Part shown: piece by piece, positions 37,243-47,476 of the stretch
Layout: the number at the start of each line of letters is the position of its first letter
Position numbering within the stretch: the first letter of the stretch is position 1
Source of the DNA: Candidatus Komeilibacteria bacterium
Lineage (GTDB): Bacteria > Patescibacteriota > Patescibacteriia > UBA1558
Direction of reading: 5' to 3'
DNA: 64,000 nucleotides
Assembly: GCA_048538275.1 (NCBI GenBank)
Contig: JBLYPW010000001.1
Location: 365,928 to 429,927, forward strand
Program-made: the position numbers and the translations under genes
Notes under the pieces: generated by a model
Seen by the model: only the letters and a program-made list of their open reading frames with translations
Told to the model about the DNA's origin: nothing
Database searches by the model: none

Positions 37243-38252
37243 AACAGCCCAGCATTGCCATATCTTTAGTAACATATAATGCGGCACATTATTTGCCTTT
37301 TTGTTTGCAGTCTCTACAGCAACAAACTTATAAAAATTGGCAATTATTAATTATTGACAATGGTTCAAGCGATAATACCATTGCCTATTTATCTGAAAAC
37401 TGGCCACAGTATAAAGTGGTTTCGCATCAAGATAATCTTGGTTTTTCTAAAGCACATAATCAGGCTATTGCATGGACGGGCGGGGAGTATGTCCTTTGTT
37501 TAAATCAAGATATAATTATGGCGCCGAATTATTTAGAGACTTTAGTTAATTTTATGGATAGAAATTTACAAGTCGGCGCTGCCAGCGGTTTAATATATAA
37601 ATGGAATTTTACTGACAATAAAAAAACAAAAATAATTGACAGCGCTGGTTTAGAATTGTGGCGCAATCACCGAGTAACTGATAGAGACGAGGGGCAGGAA
37701 GATGTGCAACAATACAATCAGCCGCAAGAAGTTTGGGGCGTTTCCGGGGCCTTGCCTTTGTTGTCCAGAAAAGCTTTAGAACAAATTAAATTAAAAAGCG
37801 GTTTAACTAATGAATTTTTTGATGAAGATTTTTATGCTTATAAGGAGGATGTAGATTTGGCTTATCGTCTTCGTCTAGCTGGTTGGCAAGCCTGGTTTGT
37901 ACCACAGGCTCATGCTTGGCATGATCGTAGCATTGGCAATTCTCAGCTTAAATCTCAGTGGCAGATAGCCCGAGCTCATCGGAAAAAAAATAAACTTATC
38001 AATTATCTTTCTTATCGCAATCATATCTTAGCTATATATAAAAATGAATTTAGAATTAATATTTGGAAAAATTTTTTTTCCATTATATGCTATGAAGCAC
38101 GCAAATTATTATTTATCATTTTATTTAACAGGATAAATCATCGTCAATTTTCCAGTACTAGAAAATTATTACCCAAAATGAAAAAAAAGAGACAGCAATT
38201 GAAAAAAATAATTAAGATAGGCCCAGCCGATATGGCCAGTTGGTATAAATAA
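37239..38252 (+). CDS. Glycosyltransferase family 2
   Basis: The N-terminus is ISLVTYNAAHYLPFCLQSL…IIDNGSSDNT. Confidence 0.8.
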   Translation: MKQPSIAISLVTYNAAHYLPFCLQSLQQQTYKNWQLLIIDNGSSDNTIAYLSENWPQYKVVSHQDNLGFSKAHNQAIAWTGGEYVLCLNQDIIMAPNYLETLVNFMDRNLQVGAASGLIYKWNFTDNKKTKIIDSAGLELWRNHRVTDRDEGQEDVQQYNQPQEVWGVSGALPLLSRKALEQIKLKSGLTNEFFDEDFYAYKEDVDLAYRLRLAGWQAWFVPQAHAWHDRSIGNSQLKSQWQIARAHRKKNKLINYLSYRNHILAIYKNEFRINIWKNFFSIICYEARKLLFIILFNRINHRQFSSTRKLLPKMKKKRQQLKKIIKIGPADMASWYK

Positions 38253-38256
38253 TAAT

Positions 38257-39078
38257 ATGCGCTTATCTATTCTTATTTTAAATCATAATACGCCCAAACT
38301 GATTAAATATTTGTTAAAAAATATTAATCAGCTAAATTTACAATTCCCTTATGAAATAATCGTGGTAGATAATGGCAAAAAAAATGTTTTGCGTAATGAA
38401 TTGAATACCCAATTAGCTAATATAACCTTATTGGAGGTACCCAATCACGGCTTTGCCGCTGGTAATAATGCTGGTTTGGGTGTTGCCCAGGGTGAATATA
38501 TTTTATTTTTAAATCCTGACATATATATTGAGCCCAATAATATTGAAAAGATGCTAAAGTTTATGGATGAACATCAGCAAGTTGGTTTATTGGGGCCCCA
38601 ATTATTATATCCTTCTGGTCAATATCAAGAGTCATGCTTGGCTTATCCTGATTGGCGTTTACCTTTTTATAGACGTAGTTTTTTGGCCCATAGCCAGGCC
38701 GGAAAAAAATGGTTACGACATTATTTATTACGTGATTATGACCATAAAACAGCACGACCCGTTGATTGGCTATTTGGCGCCAGTTGGTTGGTACGACAAA
38801 AAGCAATCACTGAAGTTGGCAAATTAGATGAAGTTTATTTTATGTACTTTGAGGATCTTGATTGGTGTCGTCGTTTTTGGCAAGTAGGCTGGCAAGTTTG
38901 GTATTTTCCAGAAGCTAAAGTAATTCACTTTCATCATCGTGATTCGGCTGAAAAACAAGGTTGGCATGGTTTATTTACTAAATTGGGACGAGTTCACCTG
39001 GTTAGCTGGTTTAAATATATAAAAAAATGGCATAGCCAACCTATTTTTGGTGCTAATAATGAAAACCCCAAGCTTTAA
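38257..39078 (+). CDS. Glycosyltransferase family 2
   Basis: It starts LSILILNHNTPKL…IIVVDNG. It is paralogous to the preceding GT2 (shared …Y(F/Y)EDLDWC(R/K)R… segment). Confidence 0.8.
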   Translation: MRLSILILNHNTPKLIKYLLKNINQLNLQFPYEIIVVDNGKKNVLRNELNTQLANITLLEVPNHGFAAGNNAGLGVAQGEYILFLNPDIYIEPNNIEKMLKFMDEHQQVGLLGPQLLYPSGQYQESCLAYPDWRLPFYRRSFLAHSQAGKKWLRHYLLRDYDHKTARPVDWLFGASWLVRQKAITEVGKLDEVYFMYFEDLDWCRRFWQVGWQVWYFPEAKVIHFHHRDSAEKQGWHGLFTKLGRVHLVSWFKYIKKWHSQPIFGANNENPKL

Positions 39079-39089
39079 CCTGGGGTTTT
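39062..39089. terminator. Bidirectional terminator between the glycan locus and a convergent hypothetical gene
   Basis: aaaacccca-agctttaacc-tggggtttt has a perfect 9-bp stem with A-tracts and T-tracts on both sides. Confidence 0.7.
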
Positions 39090-39099
39090 GCCTCTTTCC

Positions 39100-39540
39100 T
39101 TAAGGCGCGAGAGAAAAGTCTGCTAGAGTCTGATTAGGATTTATTCTAATGAGACAATAACAAGGATCGCCTGGACCTACTAATTCCAGTTTGATAAATA
39201 CTGGTTGATCTGGCGGTGACGGTTGAGTGCAGATAAATTTTCCTCGCAGTTGCCAACGATTGTGAAGAAAAAAATTGAACAGGCCGGCTGTTTTTAAACT
39301 CTGCCAGTCAATCATGTCCTCCGGTATTTTGGGGCAGATTATGTCGGCTCTGATTTTTTTTAAAATTTCTGCTTCATCAGTAGCGATGAAAATAAAATTT
39401 TGATAATAAAGCAGGTCAACAGGAGTTTTTTCTGCCCGCAAATGTCCGGGCGTTCCGGCCAAAAGATAATGACCCCAATTTTGATCAATAATCGGGTAAA
39501 TCGGATTTTTATCAGTACCGGTTGAATTTTTAAAAGTCAT
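39100..39540 (-). CDS. Hypothetical protein (146 aa)
   Basis: It is a clean ORF convergent on the glycan locus. No motif was recognised. Confidence 0.5.
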   Translation of the reverse strand: MTFKNSTGTDKNPIYPIIDQNWGHYLLAGTPGHLRAEKTPVDLLYYQNFIFIATDEAEILKKIRADIICPKIPEDMIDWQSLKTAGLFNFFLHNRWQLRGKFICTQPSPPDQPVFIKLELVGPGDPCYCLIRINPNQTLADFSLAP

Positions 39541-39689
39541 AACGACCTCCTAATATATGTTGTGACGAACGGACTCTAATTTAATGTTAAGCCTGAATGA
39601 TTTATTTAGTCAAGGATATACATCTCAAGGAGTCTTGAAAGAGAGCTAAAAAACCATTATAATAACAAAGTCTAATATTAAAATATTTT

Positions 39690-41201
39690 ATGACAAAAAA
39701 AGCTGAATTAGAAGAGTTGAATCCATCGGATGAGTATCAAGTCCGCCTACAAAAATTAGCCGCTTGGCAAGAGGCGGGGATAAATCCTTATCCTGCCTCC
39801 AGTCCCCACCATCAGGCTATTGGTGAATTGCGTTCTAATTTTGAAAAACTGGAAAAAGATGGCGAGACGGTGGCGCTCGCTGGCCGTTTACGCAGCATTA
39901 GATTGCATGGTGGTTCATGTTTTGTAAATATAGAAGACGCTAGCGGTAGTTTACAAGTTTATTTAAAAAAAGACGAAGTGGGCAAAGACCCCTATACCTT
40001 ATTTGCCGACAATGCTGATGTGGGTGATTTTGTTTATTTTAAAGGTACATTGTTTGTTACTAAAAAAGGCGAACAAACATTATTGGTGCAAAAATATCAG
40101 CTATTAAGTAAATCATTATTACCTCTACCGGAAAAATGGCATGGTTTAAAGGATATTGAGCTACGTTTTCGGCAGCGTTATTTGGATCTGATTGCTTCTG
40201 AGAAAACACGTGATATATTTAGATTACGTTCTAAAGTTACTCAATATATTCGTGACTATATGATACAAGACGGCTTTATGGAAGTGGAGACGCCTATTTT
40301 ACAGCCATTGGCCGGTGGTGCTATTGCTAAGCCTTTTGTCACACATCATAATGCTTTAGATTTTGATTTATATTTGCGCATTGCGCCTGAATTGTATTTG
40401 AAAAAATTGATTATTGGCGGTTTTGACAAGGTTTTTGAAATTGCGCGTTGTTTTCGTAATGAGGGCATTGACCATGAACATAGTCCAGAATTTACCCAAA
40501 TTGAGTTTTATTGGGCTTATCAGGATTATGAAGGATTAATGACTTGGTTTGAGCAATTTTTAAGCTCTATAGTTAAAGAAATAAAAGGTGATTATAAGCT
40601 AGAATATGATGGCAAGACTTATGATTTTCAGACCCCTTGGCCACGTTTGGATTTTTATAAAGAAATTAAACAACGCACTGGTCTGGATATAGATCAATAT
40701 CCCACCGCTTTCTCTTTGCGAGAACCAGTAGCAAAGCTTGGTATTAAAGTGGAAGCAGAGTGGGGGAGAGGTAAAATTCTAGATGAGCTCTATAAGAAAT
40801 TCGTACGCGCACAAGAAAATGGACCTTTTTATATCATCAATCATCCCTTAGATTTATCACCATTGGCAAAGAAAATAGCAGAGCGGCCAGAATATGTTGA
40901 ACGCTTTCAAGCGGTGGTGGCTGGTTTTGAAATCGCCAACGCTTTTTCTGAGTTAAATGATCCGGCTGATCAACATCAACGTTTTGTAGACCAACAAAAA
41001 CTAAAAGAATCTGGTGATGACGAGGCGACCGACTACGATAGCGAATTTGTGGAAGCCTTAAAATATGGCATGCCACCGACGGCCGGATTGGGCATGGGCA
41101 TTGATAGAATTATGCAATTATTGACTGATAGTCATAATATTAAGGAGGTTATCTTATTCCCAACTTTGAAACCAAAAAGTGACAATAGTGAAACCAATTA
41201 A
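39690..41201 (+). CDS. lysS: Lysyl-tRNA synthetase (class II)
   Basis: There is an N-terminal OB anticodon-binding domain. Class II motifs are present (…FRNEGIDHEHSPEFTQIEFYWAY…, …GMGIDRI…). Confidence 0.95.
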   Translation: MTKKAELEELNPSDEYQVRLQKLAAWQEAGINPYPASSPHHQAIGELRSNFEKLEKDGETVALAGRLRSIRLHGGSCFVNIEDASGSLQVYLKKDEVGKDPYTLFADNADVGDFVYFKGTLFVTKKGEQTLLVQKYQLLSKSLLPLPEKWHGLKDIELRFRQRYLDLIASEKTRDIFRLRSKVTQYIRDYMIQDGFMEVETPILQPLAGGAIAKPFVTHHNALDFDLYLRIAPELYLKKLIIGGFDKVFEIARCFRNEGIDHEHSPEFTQIEFYWAYQDYEGLMTWFEQFLSSIVKEIKGDYKLEYDGKTYDFQTPWPRLDFYKEIKQRTGLDIDQYPTAFSLREPVAKLGIKVEAEWGRGKILDELYKKFVRAQENGPFYIINHPLDLSPLAKKIAERPEYVERFQAVVAGFEIANAFSELNDPADQHQRFVDQQKLKESGDDEATDYDSEFVEALKYGMPPTAGLGMGIDRIMQLLTDSHNIKEVILFPTLKPKSDNSETN

Positions 41202-41213
41202 TCACATATAAGC

Positions 41214-42458
41214 ATGTTAGATATAAATAAAATTAGAGATAATATTGATGATATAAAAGCAAATTTGGCTAAACGTGCGGACGTTAGTAAATTTGACTTT
41301 GCTGCTATTGTCGCATTAGATGATAAACGCAAAAGTATTATCGGCGAAGTTGATACCCTCAAAGCTGAGCAAAATAAAATAGCCAAAGGCGGTAAGCCCA
41401 GTGCAGAACAAATTGAAGCGGGAAAAAAATTACGCGATCAGGTTAAACAGCTGGATGAAAAATTGGCAACTGTAAAAATGTCTTTGGCGGAAAAATTGGG
41501 TGAATTACCTAATATAACAGCCGATGATGTCGTAGCCGGGGGTAAGGAGAATAATAAAATAATTGGTAGTTTTGGTGAGCAGCCAAAATTTGATTTTACT
41601 CCTCAGGATCATGTAGCATTAGCCACTAAACATTCTTTGATTGATTATGAACGAGCCGCCAAGATGTCGGGAGCTGGTTTTTGGGCCTATACCGGTAAGG
41701 GCGCAGAGTTGGAGTGGGCTTTATTGAATTATTTTATAAACTTCCATCGTCAAAATAATTATAAGTTTTTATTATTACCATATTTGCTTACCGCCAAATC
41801 TGCTTATACTTCTGGACATTTACCAAAATTTAGGGAAGATTTATTTTGGACAGAAGATAAATTGTGTTTAAACGCTACTGCAGAAATGATGCTGGGTAAT
41901 TTTCACCGTGACGAAATATTGGCAAATAAAGATTTACCTTTGAAATATTATGCTTATTCTACATGTTTTAGGCGAGAAGCGGGCGCTTATCGCACGGAGG
42001 AAAGAGGTATGATACGCGGTCATCAATTTAATAAAATAGAAATGTTTCAGTTAACAACTCCCGATGATTCTTGGCAAGCTTTTAATGAATTAGTAAACCA
42101 TGCAGAAGAATTGGTTCGCGGGTTGGGATTGCATTTTAATACTGTGCAACTGGCGGCCGGGGACTGTAGCGCAGCTATGGCCAAGACTATTGATATTGAG
42201 GTTTATATCCCCAGCATGAAAGGCTATAAGGAGGTGAGTAGCATTTCTAATGCTTTGGATTATCAAGCACGCCGCGGCAATATTCGCTATAAAAATAAAA
42301 CGACTGGTAAAAATGAATTCGTTCACACCTTAAATGCTTCTGGTTTAGCCACTAGCCGATTATTACCGGCAATATTAGAACAAAATCAACAAGCCGACGG
42401 TAGTATTGTGGTGCCAGATGTGTTATTGCCATATTGTAACTTTGATATAATAAAATAA
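41214..42458 (+). CDS. serS: Seryl-tRNA synthetase
   Basis: An N-terminal coiled-coil arm is followed by a class II core (…TCFRREAGAYRTEERGMIRGHQFNKIEMF…). Confidence 0.95.
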   Translation: MLDINKIRDNIDDIKANLAKRADVSKFDFAAIVALDDKRKSIIGEVDTLKAEQNKIAKGGKPSAEQIEAGKKLRDQVKQLDEKLATVKMSLAEKLGELPNITADDVVAGGKENNKIIGSFGEQPKFDFTPQDHVALATKHSLIDYERAAKMSGAGFWAYTGKGAELEWALLNYFINFHRQNNYKFLLLPYLLTAKSAYTSGHLPKFREDLFWTEDKLCLNATAEMMLGNFHRDEILANKDLPLKYYAYSTCFRREAGAYRTEERGMIRGHQFNKIEMFQLTTPDDSWQAFNELVNHAEELVRGLGLHFNTVQLAAGDCSAAMAKTIDIEVYIPSMKGYKEVSSISNALDYQARRGNIRYKNKTTGKNEFVHTLNASGLATSRLLPAILEQNQQADGSIVVPDVLLPYCNFDIIK

Positions 42459-42486
42459 TCTTTGCGTCGTAAAATATTATAAAAAG

Positions 42487-43302
42487 ATGAATTCTCGTCT
42501 CAAAAGGGGACAGTCTGTGCGTCAGCCTGCCCAAGTAGATAAGGCAATGATTAGAGCCAAGGTTAAAAAATATGCTTTGGTTGTTTTATTAATTACGATA
42601 ATTTATATTCTTGGCTTCAGTTCATATTATGAAATTAAATATATTCAAATTGTAGGCAATGAAGCTATCAACACCAGTGAAATAGAGGAATTGATATGGC
42701 AAAGATTGGATAGTAAAGTTGGCTTATTTTTTCCTAGAAATAATTTTTGGTTATTATCCACTAAATATTTACTTAAGCACATTAAGCAACACTATACCTT
42801 TGAAGAGATAACGATTGATAAAAAATATCCTGACACTATAAGTTTGAGATTGCAAGAAAAACAGGGCAAACTGGTTTGGCAGAGCACGGACAAATATTAT
42901 GTTTTAGACGCTTATGGAGTGGTAACTAGACAATTGCAGACAAATTATTCACCGGAAGAAAGTCATGTGCCACTAGTGGTGGACCTGTCCGCTGAGGCGG
43001 TAGATATCGGGAAAATTAAATTGAATCCTAGCATCATCACTACAATGATAGAAGCTAGTACTATATATGATACTATTATTAGTATGCCAATTTTGGCTTT
43101 TGACCATTTAGCCATCAATAACACTACATCAGATTGGTTTAAAATTGTTACCAGCAGTGGCATTGAGATTCATCTAAATGATCAAACAAGCGCTGCTGCC
43201 CAGCTAGACAAATTAGCCAAGGTTTTGGCAGCTGATAAAATAGATCTCACTAATATTGGCTATATCAATTTACGAATTGCCGATCAAGTAATTTATAAAT
43301 AA
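42487..43302 (+). CDS. FtsQ/DivIB-like cell division protein (single TM plus POTRA-like domain)
   Basis: The basic N-terminus is followed by one TM helix (ALVVLLITIIYILGF) and then IKYIQIVGNEAINTSEIEELI… (POTRA start). The size and topology fit FtsQ. Confidence 0.6.
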   Translation: MNSRLKRGQSVRQPAQVDKAMIRAKVKKYALVVLLITIIYILGFSSYYEIKYIQIVGNEAINTSEIEELIWQRLDSKVGLFFPRNNFWLLSTKYLLKHIKQHYTFEEITIDKKYPDTISLRLQEKQGKLVWQSTDKYYVLDAYGVVTRQLQTNYSPEESHVPLVVDLSAEAVDIGKIKLNPSIITTMIEASTIYDTIISMPILAFDHLAINNTTSDWFKIVTSSGIEIHLNDQTSAAAQLDKLAKVLAADKIDLTNIGYINLRIADQVIYK

Positions 43303-43777
43303 TAGTAGTATACAATTACTACCTATATTATTTTACGACGCATTGAATAATGATAAATCTAAAGCGGCGGAGTATTGTCGTTTTTTTTTATTATAAACAA
43401 AATATTATAGTTTTATGATCTCTTAATAATATATTGAATATTTATTATATTTTTTTTCCTAAATTATTGGCTGACTATTTAGAATGTCAACATATTTTAC
43501 ATTTATAGGTATGTAGATAGCAGGCACCTTAAATAATAAATACCAATCTAAAAGCATAAGAGCAAAAAAACATGCACAATGCCTATGCTATGAAAATTAG
43601 ATCAGGAATAATAAGATGGTAGCTTAGGAGAAGAAAATAAAAAAATCCTTATCGGGAATCTTTCTTTATAAGAGTGTTATATTATCAATAATAAGCTATC
43701 TTCGCTATTTTGTTATATATAGTGTCGTATAAGATATATTGTGCGACACATAGTATATTATTAAACTCTACTCTTCT

Positions 43778-44668
43778 TTAGCCTTTTTCAGCTAAATATG
43801 ACTGTAATTTATCTTTGACTATTTTATACTTTCCTCTAAAGCCATGATCAGCGTGCGCAATTATATCCATTTTATAATCATTAGAGCATTGCTGCTTATT
43901 AAACCAACTAGCAATTTTTTTAATTGGGATACTGCGGTGTTCGTCCTGCCCTGCCAATATAATGTACAAGGGCAATTTTAAGGATTGATAAATTGTGGGC
44001 GTGTGCTGCGCTTGACTATAAGTAAATATTTCCTCATCACTGAAGGGCGTGTATAGGCTTAGCCATCGCTGGGCGGATGATATGTAGGGCGTATATTTTT
44101 TTGGTAACAGATCCTCTCCCCTACCATCACGGATCATTTTTTTTGCCATTTTTGTTATTATTTGTAATGTTTTATTGTCTAGATGCTTGTGCAAGGCCGC
44201 ATAATCACTCATGGGGCATAACAAAATAGCTGATTTAATTTTTGCTTGCTTATTACCCTGGGCTAGATAATACGCTATTTTTTGACAACCAGTAGAATGT
44301 CCAATTAAAACTATATTTTGAATACCTTGTCGTCGTACAAAATTGATCGCAGCAGCAATATCATAAACACAGTCTGTAAAATGTTCCATAGCGCTACCAC
44401 CTAATTTTAGCGGTTCTTTCTTCCTATTTTTATATTTTGTGGGACGTCTCACCTTACTTATTAGGTCATGGCCACGATTATTAAATAAAAGTACAGCTGT
44501 TTTATTATTTGCTAAAGGAGCAATAATATTTTGATCAAAGTCATTGATAATACTACTGCCCAGACCATGTACAAAAATAATGGCTTGTTTGGCACTAGCC
44601 TTGGTATACCACAAACCATTAAGCTGATATTTGTCCGGAGTATTAAAAATTATTGGTTGAGGATTCAT
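43778..44668 (-). CDS. Alpha/beta-fold hydrolase
   Basis: The oxyanion region is FVHGLGSS, the nucleophile elbow is GHSTG, and a C-terminal His lies in AHADHGF. Confidence 0.75.
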   Translation of the reverse strand: MNPQPIIFNTPDKYQLNGLWYTKASAKQAIIFVHGLGSSIINDFDQNIIAPLANNKTAVLLFNNRGHDLISKVRRPTKYKNRKKEPLKLGGSAMEHFTDCVYDIAAAINFVRRQGIQNIVLIGHSTGCQKIAYYLAQGNKQAKIKSAILLCPMSDYAALHKHLDNKTLQIITKMAKKMIRDGRGEDLLPKKYTPYISSAQRWLSLYTPFSDEEIFTYSQAQHTPTIYQSLKLPLYIILAGQDEHRSIPIKKIASWFNKQQCSNDYKMDIIAHADHGFRGKYKIVKDKLQSYLAEKG

Positions 44669-44702
44669 AATAAAGGAGTTTTATCATAATTATGTTTTTT
44701 AT

Positions 44703-45962
44703 TTACGGTAAATAATTCAATGGGTTTACGGGTATACCATTTTTTCTTATTTCCAAATGCAGATGCGGGCCGGTGGTTAAATTGCCAGAACCTGGAGTAC
44801 CGGGCATACCCCCTGAATAGCCTATAATTTCGCCCTGTACCACAAAAGTATCCTCTTGAGCTACCATGCGACTCAAATGTCCATAAACCGATGATATCCC
44901 TTCATTATGAACCAACATAATATAATTATAGCCACCACTATTGCCGGTATCCCTTACTTTGGCAACATAACCTGACTTTACAGCGCGTACTGGTGTCCCC
45001 TGCGGCGTTGAACCAATATCTATGGCTGGATGTTCATATACATAACGATAAGGATAGTCAGGATCGTGGAAATAAGCCGTTATCTTACGCGACGGAATAG
45101 GCCAAATAAAACCTTGCTCAGAAGCCAAAAATTGATCACCATTTAACTCATACATTCTTTTTCTGGCTTCAATCTCCAGAGAATAAATCTCATTGTTGAT
45201 TTGATTTTGCTCAGCCTTCAATTGATTTAAGAGGCTCTGATAACGATTTTCTTGTCCCTTTGTTTGATCAAGTAAATTATTCTTTACACTTTTTTCCGCT
45301 CCTAATTTTTCTTGATTGGCGGCTAATTTAATATTCAATTCGTCTAACTGTTCACTTTTCTGTTGCAGAAGGTTTTGTTGGCGCTCCATTTCGGCCTTTT
45401 GATCGGCCAAGCTAAGCAACTGATCTTTTAATTTATTATTTATTTGATTGAGTTGATTGATAGCGGCAAAAAAATCACCGATATTTTTATTACTCATGAC
45501 AATTTGTAAAAAATTGCTATGACTACCATTACGGTTTAATTGTCTAATAATGTCTGTAATATTCTGTTTATAACCGCCCATATTAGCATCAATTTTCTCA
45601 ATCGTATAATCAATATTTTTCATCTGCAAATCTATTTGCTCCTTCTCCAGTTGTATGGTTTGTATTTCTATGGCCAATTTAGCCACTACTTGGTCAATAT
45701 TGTTTAATTGTCCTTGTAAGGTAGTTATTTGTTGTCGCGTTTGTTGTAAAGATTGTTCATATACTTGTGATTGTTTCTTTAAAGCATCTATTTGTGATTG
45801 TTTGTTTTTTATCTCAGATTGCAAATCATCCAATTGTTCATTGGTAATACTCGCATTAAGAGCTCCGGCTAGTTGCGGCCAAAGCATAGTCAAAATAAAT
45901 AAGCCAATCAATAGCTTATTCATTATCCCCCTTTGCTTATATAGTCTGATTATCTTAAGCAT
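44703..45962 (-). CDS. EnvC-like murein hydrolase: signal peptide, long coiled coil, C-terminal M23 (LytM) peptidase domain with intact active-site motifs
   Basis: The coiled coil spans ~250 aa. The M23 domain carries HxxxD (HPAIDIG) and HxH (GPHLHLEI). A likely start is at 45923 (MNKLL… signal peptide). Confidence 0.85.
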   Translation of the reverse strand: MLKIIRLYKQRGIMNKLLIGLFILTMLWPQLAGALNASITNEQLDDLQSEIKNKQSQIDALKKQSQVYEQSLQQTRQQITTLQGQLNNIDQVVAKLAIEIQTIQLEKEQIDLQMKNIDYTIEKIDANMGGYKQNITDIIRQLNRNGSHSNFLQIVMSNKNIGDFFAAINQLNQINNKLKDQLLSLADQKAEMERQQNLLQQKSEQLDELNIKLAANQEKLGAEKSVKNNLLDQTKGQENRYQSLLNQLKAEQNQINNEIYSLEIEARKRMYELNGDQFLASEQGFIWPIPSRKITAYFHDPDYPYRYVYEHPAIDIGSTPQGTPVRAVKSGYVAKVRDTGNSGGYNYIMLVHNEGISSVYGHLSRMVAQEDTFVVQGEIIGYSGGMPGTPGSGNLTTGPHLHLEIRKNGIPVNPLNYLP

Positions 45963-45982
45963 AATTATATTATAACATATAA

Positions 45983-47476
45983 TTAAGTTTTTTTCAATAA
46001 GTTAATAGCATTACTTAACCTAAACAAGGCTTTTTCCTTGCCTAGCACAAAAAGTAAATCTATCGGACTTTCACTTTTGTTCAGACCAGATAAGGCCACT
46101 CGTAGGGGCCAAAAAACATCTCCATTGGTAAGCTTATTTTCATTTACCACTTCATTTAAAATTATTTGTAAATGCTCCGGCTGCCAATTTATATCCGCGC
46201 TTGATTCTAGTTTATTTTTCACGGCCAATAAGCCTTGCAAACTAGACTGCCGATTACTTTTCTTAAAAATAAGCAAATCGGAATCATATTTCAACTCATC
46301 ATCAAACCAATGATGAAAAATTTCTGGTAACTGAGCTATATATTCTAGCCTGGTCTGTGATATTTCGGCCATCGCCAAAGAGAAAGTTGCTTGCCATTCT
46401 GGTTTATATTTGCTTAACCATTTTTTTACTTCTTTTTGCCAATCCTTTATTGAAAGAGATTGGATATATTGTTGATTAAACCAATTAAGCTTATCCAAAT
46501 CAAATACTGCGCCGGCTTTATTAATCTGTGCTAAAGAAAAATGATCTAGTAGCTGTTGATAGGAAAAAATCTCTTGATCAGTGCCTGGATTCCAGCCCAA
46601 TAAAACAATAAAATTTAGCAGCGCCGAAGGTAAATAGCCCTTTTGTAAATAATCTTGTGCCGCCACATCTCCAGTACGCTTGCTAAGTTTGGAACGATCT
46701 TTATTTAATAATAAGGGCAGATGCACGAAGGTCGGCAATGGCCAACCCAAGGCTTGGTATAACAAAATATGTTTAGGTGTGCTGGGCAACCATTCCTCTC
46801 CCCTGATAACATGCGTAACTCCCATTTCATGATCATCCACCACAACTGCCAAATGATAAGTTGGATAACCATCACTTTTCAAAATAATTTGGTCATCTAT
46901 TTGTTGGCTATTGATCACTATATCCCCTCTCACCTCATCATGAAAAGATATATTTTGATTATGAGGCGTGCGGAATCGTATAACGTAGGGCTTTTTTAAT
47001 TGTAAATATTGTTTTATTCTATTGTTTGGTAAATCTCTACAATAACCATCATAACCGGGAGGTTGTTTGGCTGCCACCTGTTTTTCTCGCAATTTTTCTA
47101 GGCGTTCGCTGGAACAAAAACAGCGATAGGCTTGCCCACTGTCTAAAAGCTGGTCAATATATTTATGATAAATATCTAGCCTTTCTGACTGTTTGTAGGG
47201 AGCGTGCTTACCACGAGAAATAATTTTGTCACCCGACCACACCAGTCCTTCATCCGCAATAATACCAAAATCATCCAAGGTTTTAACCAGGTCATTAGCA
47301 GCTCCTGCAACCAGCCTATTTCTATCCGTATCTTCTAAACGCAAAATAAATTTTCCTTTATTTTGTTTGGCAAATAAATAGCTATAAAAGGCCGTCCTTA
47401 AACCACCAATATGTAGCCAGCCAGTTGGTGACGGAGCAAAACGAGTAACTACTTTTCTTTTGAAGAAATTAAACAT
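45983..47476 (-). CDS. gltX: Glutamyl-tRNA synthetase
   Basis: The N-terminus is RFAPSPTGWLHIGGLRTAFYSYLFAK, and a KMSKS-like motif reads …LSKRTG. Confidence 0.95.
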   Translation of the reverse strand: MFNFFKRKVVTRFAPSPTGWLHIGGLRTAFYSYLFAKQNKGKFILRLEDTDRNRLVAGAANDLVKTLDDFGIIADEGLVWSGDKIISRGKHAPYKQSERLDIYHKYIDQLLDSGQAYRCFCSSERLEKLREKQVAAKQPPGYDGYCRDLPNNRIKQYLQLKKPYVIRFRTPHNQNISFHDEVRGDIVINSQQIDDQIILKSDGYPTYHLAVVVDDHEMGVTHVIRGEEWLPSTPKHILLYQALGWPLPTFVHLPLLLNKDRSKLSKRTGDVAAQDYLQKGYLPSALLNFIVLLGWNPGTDQEIFSYQQLLDHFSLAQINKAGAVFDLDKLNWFNQQYIQSLSIKDWQKEVKKWLSKYKPEWQATFSLAMAEISQTRLEYIAQLPEIFHHWFDDELKYDSDLLIFKKSNRQSSLQGLLAVKNKLESSADINWQPEHLQIILNEVVNENKLTNGDVFWPLRVALSGLNKSESPIDLLFVLGKEKALFRLSNAINLLKKT

